Assembly (NCBI GenBank): GCA_905178155.1
Contig: CAJINV010000002.1
Location: 5,870,476-5,934,475 of the forward strand
DNA length: 64,000 nucleotides
Source of the DNA: Amoebophrya sp. A120
Taxonomy: Eukaryota > Protista > Dinoflagellata
Direction of reading: 5' to 3'
Shown here: one piece after another, positions 37,401 through 49,369 of the stretch
How the letters are laid out: each line of letters starts with the position of its first letter
How positions within the stretch are numbered: position 1 is the stretch's first letter
Notes under the pieces: model-generated
The model's input: only the letters and a program-made list of their open reading frames with translations
Told to the model about the DNA's origin: nothing
Database searches by the model: none
Program-made: the position numbers and the translations under genes

Positions 37401-40252
37401 ATCGTGCGAGGTGTGGAGGGGAAAATGTACAGATTCAGGTTTTTGATGTTTTCACTCTCACTCTATAATACGCAGAAGCGCGACATTCATTTTACCAGTC
37501 AGTGGAACCATAGTAAAAGCAAATGGGGTGTCAGTGTCTCAGGATCACATTGCAATAAAGCCACCTATTCAAAATGACCTGTCCATTATTCCCCTCCCAT
37601 ACCATCCAGCAGTTGCTTCTCCAAGATGTAGTCGTCGCTGCATTTCTGCCACTTGTTGGCACTCAACAACAGCTGGCGGTTCACCCGGCCCCAGTGCAAG
37701 TTTGCCGCCACCTGAGCCGCCCCGAGCAGCGGTGGGGGATAGAGCTGTTTGGGCTTTGTCTGCCGCTTGATCTGCTTTTCGATCTCGTGGTCCCCCCCGA
37801 CAATCGAGACCCCGTAGTGCTGCTTCAAAATCTCGGTGGGGAACGTCTGCAGCGCGTAGTGAAAAGCGTCCTTCCACTCCTTTGCCAGGCACTGCACGTG
37901 GTCGAGCACTTCGGGCGGGGGCGGCGGCTTTTTCAACTGCTCTAGCAACAAGTGGTGCTGCGTACTGCCGGGTTTCCCGACCGGCTGCGGCTGGTGGGTC
38001 ACCGCCTTCAGCACCGGAGAGGCGGTCACGGCGAGGGAGAGGTTCCCACCCGACTGCTCCAGCGCCGTTTTCGCCTGGTTGTACGCGGTTTTCGCCACCT
38101 GGTCCGCCGTGCTGAGGAGCTGCTGCATGATCTTACTGTTACCAATCTTCGCCGACGTGATTTTTCCACTTGCTTCGTTGGTTACCTCGTTATTTTCGTT
38201 TGCCTGCTGTTGGCTCTGAAGGTACTTCGTGCTCGGAACCAGAACGACGGCGCCAGGTCTCGACGGTTTTGAAGAGGAAGTGGTTGGTTTTGGAGAAGCA
38301 GCTGGAGGTGGTGGAACAACAGTAGCAGTGGTGGCAGTGGAGGCGCCGATGTCAAGTATGACTGTGTTTTGTCCAGCATTTCTTGCACCTTGATCATGTA
38401 GATGTTGGATGCTTGTCGTGTTATTTGGAACACGCCTTTGCCTCGGCATCACAAGCGTCAAGCCGGTGTGTTGCGAGATCCACTCCGGCATGCTGGACTG
38501 GAAGGTGTCGACGGAAGTTTTGCCCAGGAGAGATGCCCAGTACGGTGCGGCGATCAGTTTTCTTGTTTTGACTTTCTGCGCATGATGCTCCCCCGAAGAT
38601 GCGCTAGACGCTTCGTTTTCGCTCGCGTGGTTAGAAGTGGACGAGAGCACAGCTGCTGCGGGTCCACCACCACCTCCTGCTGGGCCAGACAGAGCATTCG
38701 CGAGGACTGCTGGACCACCGCTGGCTGGCGAAGACGAAGCGACTTTCTGCACTTTTGTCGCGGGACCTGCTCCTGGTGCAAGCTCATCTGAAACGACACC
38801 TGTCGCCGCGCCGGCGGGAGCGCCGATTGAGGATTGTTTTTTCCCTAGTGCAGCTGCGCCTGCTTCGCTCACTGTAGTCAAATCGGCTGGTCGCTTGTTG
38901 CTACCGGTGTGCACAGAAGAAGTTGCATCGGCACTACTTCTAGCCGGGTCTGCCCCCGCGGTGTTGGTTTGTACGCTGGCGCTGGTGTGTTCCACTTGAG
39001 CAGCAGTGTCGTTATTTCTACTTGGAGTGTTAGCGACGTTTTGGTTTTCTTCCTGCTCATTTGGGTCCATCCAAGCCAGAGGTGCGTTGTCCCCATCGTC
39101 GTCTTCGCCAAAATCAAGCATGTCCTCCTCCGCAACTGCAGCAGGACTTACATCCACTTTCGCCGACTCGGGCAGGAGCGACCCTTCTACAAGTACCGCG
39201 GGAGGCGGGGACTTTTCCTGGTTTTCTCGGAGTAGTTGCACATCGTCCTGAACAGCCACTGTCTTGCCTAGTACTGCATCCTTGCTGCGAGGAGTACCAG
39301 CACTCGCACCGCCGAAAACTTCTCGCGGCGCATCCAGTAGTGCAGTCTGCCCCGCAAGAACGACCGGCTTCAGTGGCGGTCTGGCCTTTGCTACAGCGCC
39401 GGCAACAGGTCGAGGAGTCCTATCCTGCGCCAGTACGGTGCTTTTCCGCTTCGCGCTCCCCGCAAGAGCAGACGGCGATTTGTTGTTTCGTGCACTGGGA
39501 CTCAGATCATTCCGGTCTCCCTCCACGACCTTCTCGAATACCCTGGGCGACATCAAGAGCCGGGAATCCACCTCGGAATCGTCTTCCGACCATTCCTCCT
39601 CCGAGCTGGTCTCGTTATCCACGATCCTGGCCGTATATCGTATTTAAAAACGTCCCCACCCCATAGTTGTAATGCAAATCTGCATGCTGAAAATGATTCT
39701 CATGCGGAGCCCCATGAGAGGCATTTTGTCGCTGTGTTTCGGAATTTGTCATGCTCCAATCAGCATGATATAATAGATCTGTGATGCTGCTGAGCTAGCT
39801 CAAACAGCACTACACTACGCGTCCAAATTTGTTATGCAGAACAGCCAAAACTTGTATATTTGTCTTGCTGATTCCCCATCTTAACTATGGGGTGGGGACG
39901 TTTTTCCATAGAATACCGTACCCCGAAACTTCAGACTCGCGGCGAAGTTGATCGCCTCAAAATCCTCGTCCGGCGCGGGGACCGCGGGCAGCGGCGGCAG
40001 GCTGGCGCGATCGGGGAAAAAATCGTCCCTCAGCTCGTCGTTGTCTGGTAGGAGAAACGGGTCGGGGTCGATCTCTTCCGGAAGCAGGGTCAGCCCCTGC
40101 GTCTGCCGCTCGATCTGCGCAATGGTCAGCTTCTTGTTCTTCGGAGGCGGTAATGGCTTCAGACCAAGCCCCCGCGCAGCGGACGAGGAGCTGCTGCTTC
40201 CGCCGGCCCCGCCGGGGCCGCCAGTGTTGAGCGGGGTCCTATTGCTGGCCAT
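31475..40252 (-). CDS. Very large (~2,800 aa) Gly/Pro/Gln/His-rich disordered protein with an internal DGKGSVWP repeat array
   Basis: ORFs 39881-40252, 37586-39622 and 31475-37339 share one frame and are separated by introner 39636-39915(+5 = 285 nt) and a ~141-nt non-canonical intron at ~37462-37603. Confidence 0.75.
36011..36376 (-). repeat. Coding minisatellite: ~11 copies of a 30-36-bp unit encoding (Q/K)NDGK(G/S)SVWP
   Basis: Visible in both DNA (ggccagactgaacctttaccgtcgtt variants) and translation. Confidence 0.9.
39636..39915. mobile_element. Introner, 'AAAAACGTCCCCACCCCATAG' family
   Basis: 23-bp perfect sub-terminal IR; TAT...ATA ends; perfect TSD CCGTA; joins KFRGT to ARIVDNET. 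Confidence 0.9.
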
Positions 40253-41299
40253 GCTTCTGTAGTAGTGACGTCTACGTGAGTGATGTACTATGCTTCATCT
40301 CCTGCTAATCCAACTCGAACTCCATCTTTTTCTTACATCTGGCAGTAACGTGGCTCCTGCGTGGGTTCTTTCTGGAGCCGCACGTGTCCTTGCGCATGGC
40401 GCTGCGGCTTCTGGCGCCCCCCCGTTGTAGCTGCGCCTCCATAGGGCGGTCTGCTTGTTGCCCCCTCTGCCGCCTTATGATCCTATTGATGGGTCTTCGC
40501 CGTCACAGCTTCGAGGCCCGCGGCCGACTGGTCGGCGAATTTGTTACGTTTTATCGAACATGCGCTTTGTTTTTTTTACATTACGCTGCAAAATTTAACA
40601 GTTCACAGGACAGAAACACAAAGAGTCGCGTCAGAAAAAAATATCGATATGGGTCAGTGGCGCTAGAAGAATGACAACAAATATGGGAAATAAAGCCTTA
40701 AGGGTTGTATATATAGAAATCCATCTCAACATAAAGGGTCGAGCGTGTCGCTAAATGACTGTGGGTGTCGATGAAACGTTTAGCAAACAATCGATGTTAA
40801 AAGGCATCAAAGGCAAAAATCTCTCACCAAAACATCGATCGATGATCGTCGTCTTCTACCCCCTTGTCCAGATGGATCGAATCTCAATAAAACGGCATTC
40901 TAGATAATCTATTCAAATTCGTTATCGTTTTCGTACCGCGATCTTCATCTTTTTGTGCGATAAGTCCAGCCCAGAGACGGATTGGCGTTTCGAAATGTCA
41001 TTTGCTTCGACTAATATTAACATCTCAGCAGGTCGTTTAACTATCACGATCATAACAAGTGCAACTGCGACAAGCTAGCGTCAGCTTGCCGTATCTGGAA
41101 GAACAATCGGAAAACTCGGGTCATCTGGCGATTTACAAACCGGTGAATATCAGTTCAAGGTAGGATCCACTTGGCTTCTTTGTTCAACATAAACATCGAT
41201 AGAGTTTACTAGTACCAAAAAAGCTACTGCACACTACACATCGTTCTCTGATGCTGTGCCCATCACTTGATTCGTCTACTACAGCACGCATCATCATGT

Positions 41300-43514
41300 C
41301 TACATTTCGGGCACGACTTCTGGACTACTGCGCCTGTGCCGCGAGCTGCCCGATTTCTTAGAAGTGGTTGAAGATCGGTTTTTTATTCCAGAAGTGTCGT
41401 TTTCCTGCTGTACTTGTTCGGAGGTTTTTCTCCCGATATGATCCCCTGAGAAAGTAGTGCCGGACTTCGCATTTTTACCCTCTGGCCCAGGTGACGATCC
41501 CTGCGAAGTTGACATCACAGTGGCGGGTTCATTATTGTGGGCCACCTGCATAAAACTCCCACCAGTCACCCCTGCAACAGAACTCTCCTTGGACGACGAC
41601 GAAAAAGTAGACTGCTTCGAACTTCGTGCGCTCGGAGCCGCACTGCTCGCTGTGGTCTCGGATTGTGCTATTACGCGCTCCTCTTCCTTGTGAAGACCGC
41701 GGGCTATCTGCGTGGTGGTGGTCGTGATCTTTTCCGGCGCTGCTTTTCTTCCAGTAGAAGTTTTGCTTCTGCTAATCATGTCCGGAGAAGCTGATGATGT
41801 CGGAGCTCCTGTAATGGATGATGCGTTCGAAGGTCTTCTCGACGTTTTGCTTTCGGTTACAATTTCATGGGCCTGACTTCTTCGCCGCGCAGGGCCGCGT
41901 GCCGAATTGTAGTTGATGCCATTGTTGACACCATTACCAGCTCTCCTCCCGCAGCTGACCGCTTTTTTGCACATTTGGATGTTCTCAATCATCTTTTTCA
42001 CCACGTAGCACTTGCAGCTCCCGAAGAAAGAGCGAATTTGAATATTGTAAGGAAAAACCCTCCCTCCCCATATCGAAAAGGCGCGCTTTTCAAAATTTGC
42101 GATGCTGATTTGTGGCCACAGATCGAGTCTGTCTTGCAAGAGAGCAAAGCCAGAGCTTCCGCCGCATTTCGCAGGCGATTTGTAATGCTGCTGCGCCAAC
42201 GGGGCAGACGTCTGCCATGCTAAGCAACTACCTCAAGCCACCCCTTTCCGGGCTTTGTATCTGCCTGCAGTGCTGTACTGCAAGACAAAGCTGATTTGTG
42301 TACGCAAATACAGCATCACAGACTTCCCCTGCGATATGGGGAGGGGGGATTTTTCCTCTTGATATTGAAAAGCGTGGGTCTGGGAGAGAACGTTCTCCAT
42401 CAAACTGGCCAAGTCCCACTGGTCCTTGTGGTGGACAATCTTTTTCGACTCCGGATCTAAATCTAAATTGATGAAAATGTCCAGCGACAAAGTGATGGCG
42501 GGAAAGAGGGAGGCGAAAGTAGAGGACGAGGTAGGGGTCGATGTGGTAGTTTTGCTAGTACCCGCTCCAGTAGAAGAAGACGACGTCAATGTCAAAGAAG
42601 ACGCACCACCCGCCTTCGCTGGCTTCGGCTGCTTCGGCCCGATTTTCATCTTCAGACGCGCTGCGACCCGCACTTTGGTTTCTTCGCTTGAATTGCTCAA
42701 GATCTGATAGTGAGACAACAATGTGTTTTGGCGTTTGGATTTCAATATTATCTCATGCGCGCACTTGTTGTTAGCGACTCTTTTGATAATTCGAATTCCC
42801 GCGGTTTGACATATACCTGAATCTCTAGAACTAGATAGAAGAAGAAGTACTTACCCAAACCAAGGAAAGAAGGCGCTTTGCTGCATATTGACATTGTTCT
42901 AGTACCTGAATCTCCGTCTCCGTAAACGGCAACAGTCTGAAGCTCTGCCACTGCGCCGCAATGTCCGTGATTCCCTTCACCGAGACGAAGGGGTCTTGGT
43001 AGGTGGCGTTGGTTGCGTAGTACCGAGAGATGAACGCCTCGTCAATGGCACGGTATCTAGACTCGTAAACCTTGAAGAACTCCCGACCTTTGTGTTCCTG
43101 ATTGGTGGCGGAGCTAGAGCTAGTAGTGTCGGAACTGGTGCTGGCATGAGGATTTTCTTTTGTCGTTGTGGTCGCGCAGCTCGCGGTACTAGTACTGATC
43201 GCCTTTGGTGCTGCAACATTTCTTCCAGTGGAGGTGGTGGGCGGTACAGCGGTGGCAGCACTTTGCCTTGAGGAATACTGCTCGTGATGTCGTGGCTCAT
43301 CTAGAGCCATGTTCGCCCGCTCCACTTCGCGCACAATAATTTGTTCTTCACTCCTGACCCTTGAAGATTTGGAAGTATTCTGCTGCATCTGCTGCTGCTG
43401 CTGCATCAAAGAATTGCGATTTAGGTGGTGAATATTCGATTTGGTGTAGGTCGCCTGTGGATTCGGGTTGCTCACCGCACGAGCACGGTGAAAACCCTGA
43501 GACGCGGAGGACAT
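41300..43514 (-). CDS. NTF2-like / SnoaL-like domain protein with disordered termini, 3 exons
   Basis: FISRYYATNATYQDPFVSVKGITDIAAQW ... LDLDPESKKIVHHKDQWD; GT-AG intron 42752-42854 and introner 42043-42364. Confidence 0.75.
42043..42364. mobile_element. Introner, 'GGAAAAATCCCCCCTCCCCATATC' family
   Basis: ~33-bp TIR; perfect TSD TTGAA; joins HAFQ to IRSFF; near full-length inverted homolog at 50440-50764. Confidence 0.92.
42752..42854 (-). other. Canonical GT-AG intron
   Basis: tgg|gtaagt...catgag|ata; frame-consistent. Confidence 0.75.
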
Positions 43515-44694
43515 TTTTTCTTTTTTTGTGCTGCGCGATCACTGAAGTACCTATTTAGACTCTCAGGTTTTTCCTCTAACAATGCAACTCACCGCCTCCA
43601 ATAGAACAGAGCTGTACGCACCGAAGACAAATAAGACTTAAGCTGCGGTCAAGGAAGCATTTTCGCAGAATCGACTTCCCGCGCCCAGCTGTCACCCCCA
43701 CAATCAGACCTTGAGTTTCCGTTATTCCCCACAATCACGGCGTCGTCAGACTTGTTGTTTCGCGTAAGAGTCTAATTTTCATGCAAGGACTTTCTAGGAG
43801 TAGGAATCGGTATAGGAAGCGCTCCTCTACTAGGTCGTAGTTTGGCTCTTGTGAAAAACCTCCTGCGAAGTACGTATGAAGAAGAAAACTGACATATTAG
43901 CAGAACATGGCTTAGTACACATGCTTTTCAGGAAGAACACAACAAGAGCGACCACATGTTTGTCGGGTTTCATTTACCGACATTTTTCGCGAAAAAAATC
44001 CTTGTTTCAAAAACGCGGCCACTTTCGTCTCGTGCAGCAAGACCACGAAGTAAATGGTACGAAGCTTTTGCTGATAAATACTCAGTATCGCCGCCTGATT
44101 GTCGTTCCTCCAGAAATGAAGTACTCATCTTCAAAAAGGCCAAAATCAAAAGTGAAAATTGCTCGGTCACTCCACCTACTTGTTAGTACCTACTTGTTCC
44201 CTTTGAAGCGATAGAGATCAGGAGTCATGTGGGTTTCGCCCCGGCAAGGGCGGGGCAAATATCAGTCAAGGATTCATTTTGATGGTTTGGATACAACAGA
44301 AAGTACAAAACTATATGAAAGCGCACGTTTACGGGACGAGAGTCACAGAGCCATTCGCTCTCCTTGTCGTGTGCTGCTGGTGCTGGAGGAAGCAGAAAAT
44401 TTCTACTTGTTTTTACCCTTGAAGATAGTTCGCACTAGACAACTAATGTGGTATTCTCGAATAAAAAACTGGGAGTCCTCGAAAGACCAAGACATATAAA
44501 CATTCTTGAGATTGCATTTTTTCAAGAATCGATATTCGGGTGGTCGCTTTCAGATCAACAGCATGCTGGCACGAAACTGTTTTAAGAGGAGAAGCACCCT
44601 ACAACTTCACGAAGTCCACGTAGGAGCGGTAGTTAATCCAATAGAAGGCTGATTATACTTGTTATCCTAGGAAGATGGACACTTGTTGTCGTCC

Positions 44695-47600
44695 TCACTG
44701 ACTCTGCACGTGATAGAGGCGGAAATCGTTCGCGTTCTGGTAGTATCAAGTGCAAAAGTGTCTGGGTCTGGAAGAGTCGTGCTGTTTTTGCATGACACAG
44801 AAGGTCTGGCATGGAAGCTCTAGCATCACAGGTTTCGAGAAGCTTCCGCATCGCAATGCCGAACCCGCACGACAAGCCCCCCATTTTGGTTCCAGAAAGT
44901 GAGCAGCTTTTGCTGCCTATGCATGAGAGATTTCTCTGTGTGCTGAAATGCGCATCACAAGTTTGTATTCTTCCAGACCCAGACATATTTGCAATCCATA
45001 GGTAGTTGCTCGCCGAACCATAGCTGTTGACGTGCGCCGCCTGCTATCAAATGCAAATATGTCTGGGTCTGGGAGATTGCGAGATTTGTCATGCTAGTGT
45101 GGCATGACTCTGAACTCTGTATTGCGTGGCCGCGAAGAGCTCTTCTTGTCTATCATGAAAAAACGCGGTTTCTCATGCGGAGTACGGAACTCAGAACCAC
45201 GAAAAAACTTGTCATGCTGGGCAGCGCATTACAGTGCGCTGACTATTCCCTTTCTTGCATCACAAGTTTCCAGACCCAGACATATTTGCGATCCGTACCT
45301 GCCCGGCAATAGGCTCCTGGACCATGTTCCTGCGCCGGTCGTCATCCTTGGGCGGCTTCCAGCACAGGGCGGCGACCAGGACGAAACAGAGGCAGATTTC
45401 CAACAGCGTCAGAAAGACCAGGCTATGCGTTGCAAATTATATCGAATTAGTTTTTCTTGGGTCGTCGGGAACGTAAATGGAAATTGTGACAACCACCGCC
45501 ACCACACATATGGTTATAATAATCTGTCTCACAAAAACAAATGAAAATACCAACCTGTCAGCACGGTAGAGCAACAAAGGCTCTGCTCTGGTGCCGCGCA
45601 GAGACAGAGGGGTTCTTATGCAGGATAGGCATCTTGATCTTTTTCAAATAGTAGTCGCGCTCAACCTGGAACAAAATTGCAGCTCTGCTATGCATTGCGG
45701 ACATCGTGCTGTGGTGTGTGATTGAAAACCTGCATGACAAGAAATCGCTTACAATTAATTTTTTCGACCCAAACACCGATATTTGCGACGACGTGTCTGA
45801 CGTGATACAGGTTGACCGTAATTTGCGACGTTTGCTTGTGCAAAACCGCACGGAAAACTTCGGTATCAAGTGCAAAGGTATCGCACTGCGTATAAATCGC
45901 AACATAAATCAATGCTTTCAGAAGGGAAAATCATGGAGATGCTCGTGCCTCTATATGCTGGTTCAGGTAAGAGTTACAATTTAGTACAGTTACGATACTT
46001 TATTTCCTGCAGTGCATATTCAGGGGTGATCGTCACGTCGGGCGCAAGCTCCACGAGCAGCACGTCGGTGAGAAATCGCTGATAAACTTCCGCGAAGTTG
46101 TCCGCCAGGCAGTCCGTGTAAGTTTGAAGGAAGTCCAACATCGAGACGCCTTGGTATCAGGTAGAAAAATAAAACCAAGCACAATACCGTCGCTCTCTGC
46201 GAATTCTAGTACGCTCCTTTGCTATCTTCAAATACGGCTAGATGATTGCTATTCCTTTTTTTTCCAGATGGATTGCATCAGTGCATCGTCGTACGTGCCC
46301 GATAGTATAATGCCTTTTCTTCTTCATGTGCGCATGACAGCAGCAGCGACGGTAATGAGGGAAGTCCTTTTCTACACCATATAAACCAGATGCGCTGTGA
46401 TGGTGAGAAGAAGATTAGGTTCTGCATGATTCGTCTATGTTTTCATCGCAATTCCACATTATGGAAGATGTGCATCGAAATCGATTTTGCACTTTCTTGA
46501 AGATCTTTGACCGTGTAGTTGTGCCACCGACTGTTACACGACCTTGTTTTGATGTTAAAAATCGAACGGATGAACAGGAGGTGCTGCGCAATGGTATATT
46601 TATAAATTGAAATTGCATCAATTAAACTTGGTTGTACGTAGATCCCACTCCCTACGTAGATCACGAGCAGCACGAAGACGAAGGGAGCAGCCTTTTTCAT
46701 CTTGGCGGACGCGGATCCAACCAACGCGCAGACAGTCATGACGAGGAAAAGCAAGGCCGCCCACTTGAGTGCTGTGGTGATTTCTCGGAGCAGAATCTCA
46801 ATGGGCTTGGACAGCACCTCCTCGTGGAGCCAGGGCGTCAGCTCCGCCGCATTACACGTGTCGCTGAACTTATCGTGAGAAAAAAGCGGCTCACTGTAAA
46901 GTAAGGATTTTGCACGTTTTGCATTACAACTTCCTTACATATGACAAAGCAAACTTACCATGCGTACTTCCTAAGGGAAAACACGCTGAGAAACCCAATG
47001 TCTTGCATGTGTAGCAAGACAAATGAGTATGCGTTGCATTCTTCTATGCATCACAAGTTTATGTTTACAGTGAAACAGTTTTTTCTTACGATAGAACCGA
47101 TTGAGTTCACTCGCGACGTGGTACTGTTCCCACTTTTATGCACCGCAAATATGTCGTCACGTGGGTCTGGGAAAAGAATATTACGACCAAGGATCTGTAT
47201 AAATAGTGCGCGTTTCGAACGACGCCGAAAACTGTCATGCACGAAGCGGGTTTGCAATTGCATCATGCAGAAGCAGATGGACCACGAATTCTATATTTAT
47301 CATATGCAGGTAAGTACGCAGTGTGTACTACCCTTCAAAAAATTTGTGATGCTTGGACAGGTTACTGGAATTCGTTATCGTTTCTTCGGTGTCACCGGGA
47401 GTTGCGACGGACTAGCGACCAGACCTTGACATATTTGCCGTGGATAACTTTTCGATGATCACCGCGTAACTCACAGTGGTCAAGCACAAGACCGAGAACA
47501 AAGCACCGGCCACAGAGTATGGGACTCTCAAGCGGTACATTGTTCGCTGTTACATGATTATTTCTTGTCATGCAGAATCACTGTCGCACTTGTTCACACG

Positions 47601-47889
47601 CCCGCGCTATTTCGCATGGCAAGTAGAAGTTCTCCACCTACTAACTAGCATTGGAGTCACCTACTCCGACTTCAGTGCCCAATCTATGATCATGCAAGGA
47701 AGACGGCGCGCAAGTTCCCCAGTTACAGTTTCCCTTTTGCTGGTCCTGCATAGCAATAACACGTAAAATCAGCGACCACTGTAACGTTTGAGAGTTGTTC
47801 ACCCATACAGAGACGCTATGGAAACAGCCAAAGGCGCCCAGGAAGAGGTGCCGCCAGTCGGCATTGGGATTGCAGCAACAGAGCACCAT
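44695..47889 (-). CDS. Multi-pass (about 4 TM) membrane protein of unknown family, paralog A, ~11 exons
   Basis: Reconstruction: MVLCCCNPNADWRHLFLGAFGCFHSVSVAGALFSVLCLTTVSYAVIIEKWEQYHVASELNRFSDTCNAAELTPWLHEEVLSKPIEILLREITTALKWAALLFLVMTVCALVGSASAKMKKAAPFVFVLLVIYVGSGIY-RIWFSVSMLDFLQTYTDCLADNF...TITPEVFRAVLHK...YYLKKIKILVFLTLLEICLCFVLVAALCWK...YHVQSQ*. Frame stays open across nine element removals and one GT-AG intron. Confidence 0.75.
44744..45000. mobile_element. Introner, TIR family 1
   Basis: TIR; perfect TSD GGTAG; closely similar along its length to 50118-50379 and 56819-57076. Confidence 0.92.
45045..45297. mobile_element. Introner, TIR family 1 (2955-like)
   Basis: TIR (right end decayed to GTA); perfect TSD CCTGC; can be read as GT-AG on the minus strand. 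Confidence 0.9.
45424..45627. mobile_element. Decayed introner, probably spliced as GC-AG (45423-45630)
   Basis: Ends tatgcgttgcaaa and ttatgcaggata; the frame requires element+4, which matches at|GCCTATC...CATAG|c. Confidence 0.65.
45689..45807. mobile_element. Highly decayed introner candidate
   Basis: tatgcattgc...gtgata ends, internal gcatgacaa; +5 restores frame; alternative GT-AG intron 45666-45816 also fits. Confidence 0.5.
45864..46018. mobile_element. Introner, 59582-like family
   Basis: tatcaagtgcaaaggtatcg / tacgatactttatttcctgcagtgcata; TSD TTCGG/TTCAG; joins TITPE to VFRAVL. Confidence 0.82.
46155..46381. mobile_element. Decayed introner candidate
   Basis: tatcaggtagaaaa / ttttctacaccata IR; TSD lost; +5 restores frame. 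Confidence 0.55.
46395..46637 (-). other. Canonical GT-AG intron, position shared with paralog B
   Basis: tac|gtacaa...ctaatcttcttctcaccatcacag|cgc (branch-like CTAAT plus pyrimidine tract); removes the in-frame TGA at 46443. Confidence 0.65.
46871..47093. mobile_element. Introner, 2010-like family
   Basis: tatcgtgagaaaaaagcggctcactgtaaa / tttacagtgaaacagttttttcttacgata; TSD GAACT/GAACC; joins LNRF to SDTCNA. Confidence 0.85.
47137..47446. mobile_element. Introner, diverged family 1
   Basis: tatgcaccgcaaatatgtc...ggtctgg / ccagacc...gacatatttgccgtggata; perfect TSD ACTTT. Confidence 0.87.
47518..47807. mobile_element. Introner, 'TATGGGACTCTCAA' family
   Basis: IR with an indel; perfect TSD CAGAG; end homologous to 56498-56739; joins FHSVS to VAGALF. 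Confidence 0.87.
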
Positions 47890-49369
47890 GGTGTCGATCG
47901 TTGTTTTCACAGGCAGGCCGGGTGATGTTCTCCTATTTGTACGGATGTTGATGTTCTTTTCAATCCAAACGAACGTAGTTTTCAATCCAAACGAACGTAG
48001 TGTTCGTTGTGGCAACTACTGCTTTGTTTTCTTGTCTTCAGGGAAAATCAAAAATCTACATTACCCGCGAAAGGGAATGGAACGCTTTTTGTCCTATGAA
48101 GTAAGGTCATCTCCGACGAAGTTTCACCTCAATATTGCTTCGTTCCAAGGACCACATGGAAAACAAGAAGGACTCTAGCGTGGAGAAGCGCTTGCATTCG
48201 CAAAACTGTGGAGAAATGCGTACATAAGCACGCCGGAGAAAAATGGTTGGAAAACACCAGATCAGAAAAACGCTGCGAGAAGCAAACAAGATCCTCTTTA
48301 TTTTGCATATAAATATCCGCGATCCATCTTGATAAAACAAATATTGCAGGTGATGCTTGCGGTTCCAGACCCGGAGCCCAACAATGTTTCGGAGAAAATG
48401 TCGAATATGCGAACACGACATTTTCTTTTCCACCAGAAAAAGAAATCACATTGATAAGTGAATCATACTCCGTCGCGAAAATGCGTGTGCACACTACAGC
48501 ACTCGACTGCAGCTGGTAAAGCTAAAGCCCCGCTCCCGGAATGATTGTATGATCGCGATATTTGGTTCTTGCCGATAACGAGGAAAAAAGTTGCATCAAT
48601 TCATATAGTTCATTATGTGTGCCGCCTTGGTGCGCAACAAATCGATAAGGGCTCTTGATGATGTACATGTTCCGCGTTCTTGGAGGACACAACGCTCCTC
48701 CGCCGGGTTCTCTGGTTCATTTTGAAAGAGTTCCAAGACCAGCCACAGGGCGATTCCTAGCCTGCTGTCACTGGTCGAGTCTCATCCATTGACGGAAGAA
48801 ATACGATCATTAGCAAGTTGACGTACTTACGTAAAAATATTCATTGAAGGCCAAAACTAGTATTGTCAAAAGGCAAGTGTAAAGCACAAACGCAGTACCA
48901 GTAGAGTGGTGCTAGAGGTATCGAAGAAGATGATCTGCTGATCAGTTTCAAAAGTAGTCGGTCGCGATCACTAGATATTTCGTTAGACTTAGATGTAAGT
49001 TCTAATAAATTTCCAAAAGTGAAATAAGGTCAACAAGAAGTCAAGTATTCGATGAGAACAGAAGTGTTTTCGGTTTTACACAGCGGTTTCCAGTCCGCTG
49101 AATGCTGTTGGTTGTTGTGCATGCTATCTTCATCATCGAAATTACGTAAAAGTCGAAGGGCTATTTTCTGTCAGTCGTTTATAGAGCTTTTATAGTCGAG
49201 TGCTGGTAGATCTAGAAGATAAATCGTGTTCATTAGATTTGTGTTTCTTTGTGGTGCCTCGTTGTCACTCTGGTACTATTGCATCACTTGATGAGTGGAC
49301 GAGCAGTGCAGCTGCGCTGCCCCTGCCGACAAGTGCGTGATGTTTATTTCCCTGCTCTGAATAAAACAA

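Noticed and set aside
46443-46445. In-frame TGA as possible readthrough or selenocysteine
   Set aside because: It lies inside a plausible GT-AG intron whose position is shared with the paralog.
47957-48000. 22-bp tandem duplication (also a ~23-bp one near 54436-54480 and AAGCTT palindromes near 13340-13361)
   Set aside because: Two-copy local slippage with no further structure.
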